Below are positions 16,896 to 26,308 of a stretch of DNA of 37,437 nucleotides, piece by piece. This stretch comes from an uncultured Rhodohalobacter sp. Its GTDB lineage: Bacteria; Bacteroidota; Rhodothermia; Balneolales; Balneolaceae. Each line of letters starts with the position of its first letter. Within the stretch, counting starts at the first letter, position 1. The DNA lies in contig CAZKIZ010000001.1 of the NCBI GenBank assembly GCA_964552935.1, positions 1-37,437 of the forward strand. Reading direction: 5' to 3'. The position numbers were made by a program, and so were the translations under genes. The notes beneath the pieces are model-generated. The model was given only the letters and a program-made list of their open reading frames with translations. It did no database searches and was not told where the DNA came from.

Positions 16896-17708
16896 TCAAA
16901 CCGTCTCTTCAGAGAGGTGGGTTGCGTTTTTATTTAGAAAAGCGATGGATATTTCATTGAAAAGTTCGGGATTTTCGATGTTGCATACGTGACCGCAATC
17001 TTCTATCACATGCAGTTCACTTCTCTCAAAATCTTTAATCATTTTCTTAACCGGTGGCAGGAACATATGATCTTCACTACCCATAACGTATAGTGTTGGA
17101 TTCTGCATCTCTTTCTCTTTAAAATATCTCAGCAGCGGATTCACGTCATAGGTGAGCCTGAACCATTTCATAAACTCTTTTTTGGCAAGATTTTTTGCAT
17201 CACTGATAAACATACTTCGAGACTCCTGGTGGTTTCTTTTCGGCATGATTACCCAGGCAAACAGTTTATACAGCCAAATGAAAGGGACAATTTTCTTAAA
17301 TGTATGTCCAAGCCAGACCAGAATCCTGGAACGCACATCCATTCGGGTAATGGCTCCGCACAGCACAGCTGAAATAACAATTTCTGGCTTTAATTCTGCA
17401 ATGGTGCGAATAATAATCGTCCCAAGGGAGACACCGACGAAATGGGCTTTCTCGATATTATTTTGCCTCAGGACTTCCAGAACATCCCGGCTGACGGTTT
17501 TAAACGTATACTTTTCTTTATAGTAAGCCTTCATGGTGCTCATCTCTTTAGACTTGCCGTGCCCGCGCAAATCTACCAAAAGCACATTAAACGCTTCCTG
17601 ATACGCCCGAACCTGTTTGAACCAGATGGCCGAAGAGCCTCCGGCTCCATGTATGAACACAACCCAATCTCTGGAGGGGTCATTAAGAAATTTTTTATAG
17701 TAAAGCAT
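16896..17708 (-). CDS. Alpha/beta-fold hydrolase
   Basis: VFIHGAGG, VDLRGHGKS, nucleophile elbow GVSLG, GSED, CGHVCNIE. Confidence 0.9.
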   Translation of the reverse strand: MLYYKKFLNDPSRDWVVFIHGAGGSSAIWFKQVRAYQEAFNVLLVDLRGHGKSKEMSTMKAYYKEKYTFKTVSRDVLEVLRQNNIEKAHFVGVSLGTIIIRTIAELKPEIVISAVLCGAITRMDVRSRILVWLGHTFKKIVPFIWLYKLFAWVIMPKRNHQESRSMFISDAKNLAKKEFMKWFRLTYDVNPLLRYFKEKEMQNPTLYVMGSEDHMFLPPVKKMIKDFERSELHVIEDCGHVCNIENPELFNEISIAFLNKNATHLSEETV

Positions 17709-18089
17709 CAGGCAAAGAGTGATAGCATAGATTTAACGCGATCATAAAACAGAAAAAATGCCTGCTGAAGTTTCAGGCACTCAATATTTCTTTTTAAAAT
17801 TAAATGCGCCTTTTCTTGTATATAATCCCACAAAATAAACAAAGAAGACGCGCTAAAAAAATCGAAGCTCATTTATGCTTTGATGATCGTCGGTTCTTTG
17901 ACTTTAATCCGGGTTTAATCTTGATCATAAGATACTCTCAGCTGTGAATACGAACGGACAATTTTGGGAAATTTTACTCATAACAACCGTCATATACCAC
18001 AGCCGTATTGACGAAACTGGTAAATTCATCATAGAATTAATCGCAATTACTGCTGTCATACTATATCAAATCATTACTATCTTCATATA

Positions 18090-18884
18090 ATGAAAAGTTT
18101 GTACGCACTGTTTAAAGTTTTTGCCGTTATACTGTCAACTCTGACAATCTACTCAGTATATATTGTTGGGTATGGCTGCTTAAGGCTCATTGGTAAATCT
18201 ACTCAATCGTGGTTAAACCGTATTCTGCGTTTTTGGGGCAAAACCTGCGCATGGTTTTTATCCATATCTGTAGAAACATCGGGCGAGAAACCTGATCCGC
18301 CATTTTTTCTGGTTAGTAATCATCTGAGTTATGTAGATATCATTGTTCTCTTTAAGGAATTGAACACAACGTTTGTTGCAAAGTCGGAGGTAGCAGACTG
18401 GCCAGTGCTTGGATTTATCGCTAAATCAATTGGGATCGTATTTATTGATCGAAAGAACAGAATGGACATCTCCCGTGTAAACCGCGAAATATCTGCTAAG
18501 GTTTCATCAGACAGAGGGTTGACTCTTTTCCCAGAGGGAACAACCTCACCGGGTGCTAAAATATTACGCCTGAGGCCTTCGTTGCTTGAGTATCCGGCTA
18601 CATCAGAACTTGGTGCGCACTACTGCTGCCTGCACTACAGTATCGATTCAGGGAAACAATTGGCGCACGAAATTGTTTCCTGGTGGGGTGACGCTCCATT
18701 GCATACGCATCTGTTTAGGCTGGCAAAAGAAACGTCGATAACAGCTGAAATCACGTTTGGCCAAAACATATTGCACGACAGCGACCGCAAACGTCTTGCG
18801 GAAAAACTTCATCAGAAGATGAGTGATCAGTTCAAGCCGATGTGCCAGATAGGGGATACTTCTTATGAACCGATACAGTTTTAA
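18090..18884 (+). CDS. Lysophospholipid acyltransferase (PlsC/OlsA-like)
   Basis: NHLSYVD (HX4D), FVAKSEV, FIDR, FPEGTT. Confidence 0.92.
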   Translation: MKSLYALFKVFAVILSTLTIYSVYIVGYGCLRLIGKSTQSWLNRILRFWGKTCAWFLSISVETSGEKPDPPFFLVSNHLSYVDIIVLFKELNTTFVAKSEVADWPVLGFIAKSIGIVFIDRKNRMDISRVNREISAKVSSDRGLTLFPEGTTSPGAKILRLRPSLLEYPATSELGAHYCCLHYSIDSGKQLAHEIVSWWGDAPLHTHLFRLAKETSITAEITFGQNILHDSDRKRLAEKLHQKMSDQFKPMCQIGDTSYEPIQF

Positions 18885-18901
18885 TAGTGTTTAAAATTTA
18901 A

Positions 18902-20467
18902 ATGAGCGGTAAAACAGCAAAGATTTTCGTTTTTATTGCAGCAGTTTACCTGATATCGGTCTCCCTGCGACTTATTTTTCCTGCAATCGAAAAACCCCAT
19001 CTAAACCAGAATGAGGCCTCAATTGAGCTCAATGGCGAACATCTCTCGCTGAGCTACCTTGAGTTTGACAGCAGCGAAAGTGCATCAGTCATTGTTCTGT
19101 TCCATGATCCTTTCATTGAGCGCGAAAAATTGGAACCGTTTGCCAAAAGCCTCTCTGATGAGTTCAGGGTGCTCATTCCAATCTTTCCCACTCAAACAGA
19201 AGATGGAAGCCGGCTGAGTTACTCTGCGGAATCGCGGGCTGAAATATCATCCCGGTGGATTGAGAAGATGGATATCCCGAAAATTCATGTTGCCGGAAAT
19301 GGATTTGGTAACGCGGTAGCCATTGAGTTTTTAAAGAGAGAAAGCGTTGAAATAGAAAGCTATGCGATGCTTTCTGCTCTCGGAGTGCAGGAGTTTCATT
19401 TTCTTGGATATCATTTGCTCAATCAGCCGATCTATTCGCTGCTTTATCCAATTGGCTTTATGATCGATTACGGCCTCCCAATTGCCGGCTGGAACGCTCA
19501 AAGCACCATTAATATGGAGAGTGTACGGTTTATAAACGAACTCGATCAGCGGCCGTACAGGGACATTTTAAACTCACTGGAAATTCCGGTACTCATCATG
19601 CATGGAAAGGATGACAACCATGTATCGAAGGTTACTGCATACGAGCATTACAGAATAATTCCTCAGAGTGAAATTTGGTTGGCTGAGGGGGGAAGGTACT
19701 CCGTGTTCGAAAAATTTGATTTATGGGCTGCAGAATATTCAAATTTTCTTACAACTGTGGAAAGGGGTACAGCAGTGACAAGGAGTAGTTCATCTCAGGA
19801 AAGAATTGAAAAATCAGAAAAACCCTTTCAGTTCGGAAATGTTCCTCCTGTGTATGGCTGGGGTTTAGTAATTATCATTCTCCTGCTGAGTAGTGTTACC
19901 ATTGTAAGTGAAGATTTAGGATGTATTGGAGGCGGCTTGCTGGTGGCAGGTGGTATTATTCAGTTTTGGGTGGCGTTTCTAACCGTCTATATAGGAATAA
20001 TTTTAGTTGACGCTGCTATTTACTGGCTGGGCAGAAAGTTAGGCAGGCCCATTTTAACAGAAATCCCTTTTCGATGGTTTATAAGTAAAAAGGACATTGA
20101 GCGCTCGGAAGAGATGTTTCAGTCAAATGGTTTTAAGATTATATTTATCACCCGTTTTCTGCCGGGTACCCGGTTTCCCACCTATTTTACGGCCGGACTG
20201 CTCAGGACAAGGTTTTCTGTATTTATCACCTATTTTTTAATCGCCATCACCATTTGGACTCCATTGGTTTTGGGAATTTCTACCTTAGCAGGGCAGCAGA
20301 TGCTTGGCTACCTGCAGATTTACCAGGACTATGCGTTACACATTTTTTTAGGGCTTGTGTTAGGGCTTTACATTCTGTTCAAAGTCATGATGCCTATGGC
20401 AACGAAAAAGGGGAGAAGAGAATTTGCGGTTCGGGTCATCAGGCTGAAACAGCAGGTATTCAGCTAA
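18902..20467 (+). CDS. Alpha/beta-hydrolase-like domain fused to a DedA/VTT membrane domain
   Basis: N-terminal hydrophobic segment; hydrolase fold (IPVLIMHGKDD); C-terminal SEDLGCIGGG...YWLGR...TRFLPGTRFPTYFTAG typical of DedA. Confidence 0.85.
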   Translation: MSGKTAKIFVFIAAVYLISVSLRLIFPAIEKPHLNQNEASIELNGEHLSLSYLEFDSSESASVIVLFHDPFIEREKLEPFAKSLSDEFRVLIPIFPTQTEDGSRLSYSAESRAEISSRWIEKMDIPKIHVAGNGFGNAVAIEFLKRESVEIESYAMLSALGVQEFHFLGYHLLNQPIYSLLYPIGFMIDYGLPIAGWNAQSTINMESVRFINELDQRPYRDILNSLEIPVLIMHGKDDNHVSKVTAYEHYRIIPQSEIWLAEGGRYSVFEKFDLWAAEYSNFLTTVERGTAVTRSSSSQERIEKSEKPFQFGNVPPVYGWGLVIIILLLSSVTIVSEDLGCIGGGLLVAGGIIQFWVAFLTVYIGIILVDAAIYWLGRKLGRPILTEIPFRWFISKKDIERSEEMFQSNGFKIIFITRFLPGTRFPTYFTAGLLRTRFSVFITYFLIAITIWTPLVLGISTLAGQQMLGYLQIYQDYALHIFLGLVLGLYILFKVMMPMATKKGRREFAVRVIRLKQQVFS

Positions 20468-20485
20468 CTGCACGGCCTGTGTACA

Positions 20486-20953
20486 TTACCGGCGGCTGCG
20501 AAAAAACTGCTTTAGCAACTCAGAGCACTCCTCTTCAAGGACTCCCTGAATAATTTCGGCCTGATGATTTAAGTGGTTGTTTGAGGATATATTGAATACT
20601 GATCCTGAACCGCCTGCCTTTTCATCAATAGCGCCAAATACAATGCGATCTGTTTTTGACCATACAGCAGCCCCTGAACACATCACACAAGGTTCGAGAG
20701 TTACATAAAGCGTGCAATCATGGAGGTATTTATTGCCGAGCGTTGTGCAAGCTGCAGAAATTGCAATCATCTCTGCATGTGCGGTAGGATCCCCAAGCAT
20801 CTCTACCTGGTTGTACCCTTTTCCGATAATTCGCTCCTGATGAACAATAACTGCGCCCACGGGCACTTCACCATTTTGATACGCCAGGCGCGCGAGTTTC
20901 AGGGCTTCACGCATAAAATTTTGGTGAACAGAAGAAGGAAATCCATTAAACAT
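20486..20953 (-). CDS. tadA: tRNA adenosine(34) deaminase
   Basis: EVPVGAVIV, PTAHAE, TLEPCVMC, LLKQFF. Confidence 0.92.
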   Translation of the reverse strand: MFNGFPSSVHQNFMREALKLARLAYQNGEVPVGAVIVHQERIIGKGYNQVEMLGDPTAHAEMIAISAACTTLGNKYLHDCTLYVTLEPCVMCSGAAVWSKTDRIVFGAIDEKAGGSGSVFNISSNNHLNHQAEIIQGVLEEECSELLKQFFRSRR

Positions 20954-21024
20954 AATTGCAGAATGCTTACATTTGTGGCTGGTTAAAAATTATTATATCG
21001 AATAAAATTTAGTGAACATAATTT

Positions 21025-21558
21025 ATGGACGATAACCGGATTAGGAAACTATACGATAAAATTCGCACAATACCTGATTTTCCAAAAGCGGGAATCCAGT
21101 TCAAAGACTTAACACCTCTGCTGGCAGATCATGAATCTCTGCAGGTAACATCAGAGCTGCTGGCTGATCCTTTTAAGGGCAAAAAAGTAGATGTAGTTGC
21201 CGGTCTTGAATCCCGCGGTTTTTTGTTTGGTCCCAGACTTGCTCAGGATTTAAGTTGTGGATTTGTGCCGGTACGCAAACCGGGCAAACTACCTTACGAA
21301 ACAATCAGCCATAAATATGAGCTTGAATATGGCACCGATACTCTTGAAATTCATGAAGATGCAATCAAGAAAGGGGATAACGTCATCATTCATGATGATC
21401 TGATTGCAACCGGTGGGACCGCAATTGCATGCGCCAGATTAATTGAAAAATTAGGTGGAAATATTATCGGATTTTCCTTTATCATGCAGATTGACTCTTT
21501 AGAGGGTTATAAAACCTTAAAAGAGTCTTATTCATGTTTTACACTCTTATCGGTGTGA
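21025..21558 (+). CDS. apt: Adenine phosphoribosyltransferase
   Basis: IPDFPKAGIQFKD, GLESRGF, VRKPGKLP, YELEYG, DDLIATGGT. Confidence 0.96.
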   Translation: MDDNRIRKLYDKIRTIPDFPKAGIQFKDLTPLLADHESLQVTSELLADPFKGKKVDVVAGLESRGFLFGPRLAQDLSCGFVPVRKPGKLPYETISHKYELEYGTDTLEIHEDAIKKGDNVIIHDDLIATGGTAIACARLIEKLGGNIIGFSFIMQIDSLEGYKTLKESYSCFTLLSV

Positions 21559-21625
21559 TGAAACAATTACATCTGATTCTCATACAATCAAACAATCACC
21601 AAAACATCATAGAAACATAACTATT

Positions 21626-22075
21626 ATGGCAAAACCAAAACTAATCACACTTTCATTGTGTGTTGCTTTATTGTTTGGCGCTGCTGCATGTGGTCCGTCT
21701 ATCGTATTGCAGGGTGTAGATTACGCCCAGCCAATTGAAAGCGTACTTGCTCCTGATGCGAATGCAGAAGTTCACGACCAGCGATATGCAGTTAAATTTA
21801 CAATTGCTCCTGTTCTTGAAGAAGAAGGCGCATCATCAGTTGATGAAATTCGCCTGATTCGCAACAGCGCAGGATACTATTTTCTAACGGCTGCAGGGTT
21901 CAACAACGTTTACGTTTTCGAACCTGGCGAAAGCGAGCTCTCACTGAAAAGAAAAATAGAAATTTCAGCAAGTGGACTCCAGCAACCTGCATTCAACCAG
22001 CGCGATGGTCATATCGAGCTTGTTGATTTGGGAACAGGCAACACTTACAATCTTGATCAATCCGGACGCAGATAA
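21626..22075 (+). CDS. Hypothetical lipoprotein
   Basis: Signal peptide with lipobox AAA-C; beta-rich mature region. Confidence 0.8.
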   Translation: MAKPKLITLSLCVALLFGAAACGPSIVLQGVDYAQPIESVLAPDANAEVHDQRYAVKFTIAPVLEEEGASSVDEIRLIRNSAGYYFLTAAGFNNVYVFEPGESELSLKRKIEISASGLQQPAFNQRDGHIELVDLGTGNTYNLDQSGRR

Positions 22076-22086
22076 GGGAGATACTT

Positions 22087-23307
22087 ATGATGAAAGCAAT
22101 GAAAACAACTATTTCTACATTGGCGGCTCTTATGTTATTTGCAAGTGGCTCGGTGTTTGCTCAACAGAGCGACTACCAGGTGCAGCAAGATTTCAGAGCC
22201 GATTACAACGAAATCACTGAACGCATTAACAATGCGGAATCATCTGATGATGTTAGTGAAATCGCAGGTATGATCGAACAGTTTGAAGCGGACTATTCCG
22301 GTTACGAAACTCTGCTGAACGCAGCTTTGTACCCTGAAACATTTCAAAACAGACTCACCGTTCTACGGACAAACCTTGCCGGAACAGAACGGGATTTCAA
22401 TACCATTAATGAGCTAAACGAAAGAATCTCGGAACTGCAGGCCGATATTGATGAAATGCGTTCCCAGCTGGCTCAAATGGATGAAGACTCTGAAGCTCTG
22501 CGCCAGCGGCTTGAGCGGTCATCCGCTAACGAACGCCGCTTGTCTGGCCTCGTAACTCAGTATCGACAAAACATTGAGTCGAGAGATGAGTTTGTATCTG
22601 ATTTCCTTGAAAATCTGCTCAACAGGTATCAGGCTATGGATTCTCAAACACAATCTGAGCTTGCTGAAGCAAGTGAAAGTATGGAAGACGATCCACTGGC
22701 ACTACTGAGAACCATTCTCTCTGAGTACATCAACCAGGCAGACAGAGATTCTGGCCTTGATGCGCCCGATTATCTCCGGATGAGAGCTCAGCACGCTTAC
22801 TTTGTAACTGTATGGGATCGCATTGGTGAAAATATGTCAAATACATACGCCTCCGATTCACCTGTACAGGCCCGGCAGGAGATTACAGATCTGTTAGCCG
22901 CATGGCAGGCAAGCGTGGATAATAAACTTTGGAATGCTCTGAGTACCGCCTTTAATCAAAACGGAATTGAGCTTCCTGCATTTACCAGCGCTGATGCATT
23001 TAACAACGCTTTAAACTCGTTTGTTGATAATGCAATCAGTACAGCACGCGAACAAAACGAAGAAGCTGATTTTCAGCTTTATGAGAGTTTCAGCACATAC
23101 TGGAACGGTACTGTTAAATCAGACTGGGGCGAATATTTAACAACAAGCAATGTACTCTCTCAGGGTCAAATTGCTGCAATCGATGTTAAACTGGGCGATT
23201 GGGCAAGATCAGCTGAACCTGTATCAAACCTGATGTTTATTCTTTTTCTGATTAGTTTGGCTGTTATTATCGGATTAATCGTTCTCCTTGTTACCAAGAA
23301 GAGCTAA
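22087..23307 (+). CDS. Hypothetical exported coiled-coil/helical protein with C-terminal membrane anchor
   Basis: Signal peptide ending VFA-Q, long heptad region, terminal LMFILFLISLAVIIGLIVLLV-TKKS. Confidence 0.85.
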   Translation: MMKAMKTTISTLAALMLFASGSVFAQQSDYQVQQDFRADYNEITERINNAESSDDVSEIAGMIEQFEADYSGYETLLNAALYPETFQNRLTVLRTNLAGTERDFNTINELNERISELQADIDEMRSQLAQMDEDSEALRQRLERSSANERRLSGLVTQYRQNIESRDEFVSDFLENLLNRYQAMDSQTQSELAEASESMEDDPLALLRTILSEYINQADRDSGLDAPDYLRMRAQHAYFVTVWDRIGENMSNTYASDSPVQARQEITDLLAAWQASVDNKLWNALSTAFNQNGIELPAFTSADAFNNALNSFVDNAISTAREQNEEADFQLYESFSTYWNGTVKSDWGEYLTTSNVLSQGQIAAIDVKLGDWARSAEPVSNLMFILFLISLAVIIGLIVLLVTKKS

Positions 23308-23345
23308 TCTGGCAGTCTGCCGATAAGTAGACGTGAATAGAATGT

Positions 23346-23381
23346 AAGCCCGCTTCGATATATTCGGAGCGGGCTTTTTTT
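23346..23381 (+). terminator. Rho-independent terminator
   Basis: AAGCCCGCTTCGA-TATAT-TCGGAGCGGGCTT plus T-run. Confidence 0.9.
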
Positions 23382-23529
23382 GTGCTTCAAGCTCCTTATT
23401 CGCTGTGTATGTTTCACTGCCCAAAAAGAAATTATGCTGCTAAACTGATGAATTGAGTTGGTGAGTATGCAGCACAATTCCTATCATCTAATTCCTAAAC
23501 TATAAATTTTCAGAACAGGATTATTTACT

Positions 23530-24591
23530 TTGGCCAAGGCAACCAGCATTGATTATTTTAAAACGGCAAGAAACAGTATACGCTCACCTGAACAGCGAAA
23601 GCCGATCTACTATTTTTACGGCGATGAACGCTTCTTTATTGACCGCCTCCAACAAGAGATAAGCTCTGTTATACCCGATGAACAGAAAGATTTCAACTTC
23701 GATCTGCTTTATGGTGGCGAAACAACTCCTGAGAAAGTTCTCGGAATCGTTAAAAGTTTTCCGATGATGGCTGAGCAGAGAGTTGTCATTGTTCGCGATT
23801 TTCTTAAACTCCGAAATTCTGACGCCGGAGGAGGAACAATAAATGACTTTGAGCACTATGCTAAGAATCCGAATCCATCGACGCTTCTATGTTTAATAGA
23901 TAAAAAACTTCCGGATGGCCGAACCTCTTTTGGTCAGGCGTTTAAAAACAAAAATAATAAACAGGTACAGGAGTTTGAGTTTACCACTCTGCCCGATTAC
24001 CAGCTGGCTGACTGGTCAATTGAGTGGGCCAGAGCCCAGCATGACAAAATTTTAGATCCCCGCGCTTCTCAAATCCTGTCCCAGCTCGTAGGTAACAATT
24101 TGCAGCTTCTGTCTACTGAAATAGATAAAGTGTGTACTTTTGTGGACACTGAAGAGAGAGTGACCATTGACCACGTTAAAAAAATAATCGGTTCATATCG
24201 CGAATATTCGGTGATTGAGCTAAAAGAAGCCATATTTCAGCGAAACCTGGAAAAATCCCTTGGCATTGCGGAACAGATGTTGCTCAAGAGTAATGCAGAT
24301 GCGGGAGAAGTTATTCGATCCGTAGGGTTCTTTTACAGAGTGTTCGCAGATGTTTGGCAAATACGCCGGCTGATGGAAAAGCAGCTTTCCAAAAATCAGG
24401 TTCAGTCAGAACTTGGAATAGGTAATAGCTACCTGTTTAATTTTAAATGGAAAGACGCTTCAAAATTTCAGCTTGCCGAAATGCCCCGCATTTTCGAAGC
24501 CTTGCTCGACGCAGACCGCGCCGCTAAAGGCTTCAGCACTCTCGATGTCCCTTCGATCTATCTCCTGCTGATAAAGCGCATCATCGGCTAA
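23530..24591 (+). CDS. holA: DNA polymerase III delta subunit
   Basis: KPIYYFYGDERFFID, DFNFDLLYG, SFPMMAEQRVVIV, VGNNLQLLSTEIDK; TTG start. Confidence 0.92.
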   Translation: MAKATSIDYFKTARNSIRSPEQRKPIYYFYGDERFFIDRLQQEISSVIPDEQKDFNFDLLYGGETTPEKVLGIVKSFPMMAEQRVVIVRDFLKLRNSDAGGGTINDFEHYAKNPNPSTLLCLIDKKLPDGRTSFGQAFKNKNNKQVQEFEFTTLPDYQLADWSIEWARAQHDKILDPRASQILSQLVGNNLQLLSTEIDKVCTFVDTEERVTIDHVKKIIGSYREYSVIELKEAIFQRNLEKSLGIAEQMLLKSNADAGEVIRSVGFFYRVFADVWQIRRLMEKQLSKNQVQSELGIGNSYLFNFKWKDASKFQLAEMPRIFEALLDADRAAKGFSTLDVPSIYLLLIKRIIG

Positions 24592-24639
24592 CAGTTTTCC
24601 GGTGGTGCAAAACAGCAACTTCGAAATAGGGGTACCACC

Positions 24640-25248
24640 ATGGAATCATCCAGAACAGCTAACTTACACACACTTTCAGATGAAGATGTAATGGAGCAAC
24701 TTCAGGCAGGAGTTATTCCGGCTTTTGATATCATTGTACAGCGTTACAAGGATCGTCTTCATAACTTCCTCTTCCGGTACACACACAACCACCAGGATTG
24801 CGAAGATCTTGTTCAGGAGACTTTCCTCAGGGTGTACCGCAGCCGGCAGTCCTATGTAAGAATTGCAAAACTCTCTACATGGATGTACACTATTGCGTTG
24901 AACCTGGCTAAGAGCATGTACAAAAAGAAGCAGCGAATGACTACAATTTCCATGCACGCTGATCCGTCTGATCCGGATGATCGCGAATTTGAAATTGAAG
25001 ATTCAGTCATTCTCCAGGACGATCAGCTCCATCAGAAAATGTCGGTGAATGAACTTGAGAAAGCACTCATGAAGCTGAATGATGATTTCAGAGAAGTTAT
25101 TGTCCTCCGGGATATTCAGCAGCTTACCTACGAAGAGATCGCTGAAATAACCGATACTGCCATGGGAACGGTAAAATCCAGAATCAACCGTGCCCGGCAG
25201 CAGCTTCAGGCTCTCATTGGCAGCTATGTGAACCCTGAAACAATTTAG
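24640..25248 (+). CDS. ECF-family RNA polymerase sigma factor
   Basis: Region 2 EDLVQETFLRVY...STWMYTIALN; region 4 FREVIVLRDIQQLTYEEIAEI...GTVKSRINRAR. Confidence 0.95.
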   Translation: MESSRTANLHTLSDEDVMEQLQAGVIPAFDIIVQRYKDRLHNFLFRYTHNHQDCEDLVQETFLRVYRSRQSYVRIAKLSTWMYTIALNLAKSMYKKKQRMTTISMHADPSDPDDREFEIEDSVILQDDQLHQKMSVNELEKALMKLNDDFREVIVLRDIQQLTYEEIAEITDTAMGTVKSRINRARQQLQALIGSYVNPETI

Positions 25249-25288
25249 CGCATCATAAGTATCAACAGCGTAATGAATTGTGAAAATG

Positions 25289-25352
25289 ACCGCCCTGAAT
25301 CCAGGATCTTCCCCGAATATTAATTTTGGGAACTATCCCGGTTCAGGGCGGT
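25289..25352. repeat. Imperfect inverted repeat whose right arm overlaps an ECF-type promoter candidate
   Basis: ACCGCCCTGAA...TTCCC / GGGAA...TTCAGGGCGGT; the right arm reads GGGAAC-N17-GTAC. Confidence 0.7.
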
Positions 25353-25389
25353 ACAAAGTAACAACCAATTTAAATTAACGCTGTCTCTC

Positions 25390-25686
25390 ATGATGTCCCA
25401 CAACAAAAACACCAACCTGCTCGACGAGTTTATTAATGATTTCGCGGAGAGTAATCTTACCAAAGCTGAGCTGCAATCCTTCTCAGAGCTTCAGGAAAAC
25501 AGCCCGGCACTAAAGCGCATGGCCCGTTCCGGTATGCTTGCAAGAAGAAATATAATGCAGCTGCCAAAAACTAAATGTCGTCCCGGTTTCGATCAGAGAA
25601 TGGCGGCAAAATTCGCATTAGAACTTGAGAGTGAAGTAAAAACACTCAACAGCTCTGCGAGGCTCGTTACTGAATCTTCTCAGTAG
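25390..25686 (+). CDS. Small soluble protein, anti-sigma-domain-like
   Basis: Directly downstream of the ECF sigma; pattern INDFAESNL..AELQSFSEL...LPK...PGFDQRM resembles anti-sigma N-terminal domains; no TM and no HxxxCxxC. Confidence 0.55.
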   Translation: MMSHNKNTNLLDEFINDFAESNLTKAELQSFSELQENSPALKRMARSGMLARRNIMQLPKTKCRPGFDQRMAAKFALELESEVKTLNSSARLVTESSQ

Positions 25687-25687
25687 C

Positions 25688-26308
25688 TCAAACTTTACCT
25701 TTCAGATCCTCAAGCAGTTCAGAAAGCTCTTTGTGTGTGCTGTCTGTTTGTAAGCCATCATTAACGAATTTTTTACTCTCCCTGTATGCCTTGGCCTTAA
25801 ATAGAATCCAGGCAATATTATAATATGCATCCGTAAAATTCGGATCGTTCTCTATCGCTTTCTCATAGCATTTTGAAGCTTCAATATGCTGATTCTGTCT
25901 CAGAAAAAAGTTACCCAGGTTAAAATGAGAAATGGCTTTATCGGGCTGTAGATGAGTAATGTAATGAAACAGCTCGTGTGCTTTATCCGGATCGCCGCTT
26001 TTTTCGTATTCATCTGCCAGGTTATTCAGCGAACCAATATGAGCGGGATTCTTCTCAAGAGCCTGCAAATACGTATCGATAGCTCTGTCGGGCTGATTAA
26101 GTTCTGAGTATGTATTTGCAAGGTTAAAAAGATGTGCTGCCGACTCTTCTGTCTCTACGGCTCTTTTAAGATACTGCAGCGACTGCTCCAACTCTCCAAG
26201 TAAAAAATATCCAACGCCGGCATCGTTTAGAACTTTTGCAGAAATGTTTCCGGTTTCCATCTCTTTCTCAATAGCTAAAAGCTCTTTTCGAATCTGTTTT
26301 TCAGTCAT
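25688..26308 (-). CDS. TPR-repeat protein
   Basis: Repeated FNLANTY / LNNLADEY / FNLGNFF / YYNIAWI helices at ~34 aa spacing; start overlaps the patatin stop. Confidence 0.88.
   Translation of the reverse strand: MTEKQIRKELLAIEKEMETGNISAKVLNDAGVGYFLLGELEQSLQYLKRAVETEESAAHLFNLANTYSELNQPDRAIDTYLQALEKNPAHIGSLNNLADEYEKSGDPDKAHELFHYITHLQPDKAISHFNLGNFFLRQNQHIEASKCYEKAIENDPNFTDAYYNIAWILFKAKAYRESKKFVNDGLQTDSTHKELSELLEDLKGKV

Noticed and set aside
23319-23326. Second GCCGATAA box
   Set aside because: It lies just after a stop codon and before a strong terminator, with no -35 match.
23430-23480. AATTATGCTGC...GCAGCACAATT stem with CTGATGA upstream of holA
   Set aside because: It does not fit fluoride riboswitch or hammerhead consensus, and inner pairing is weak.
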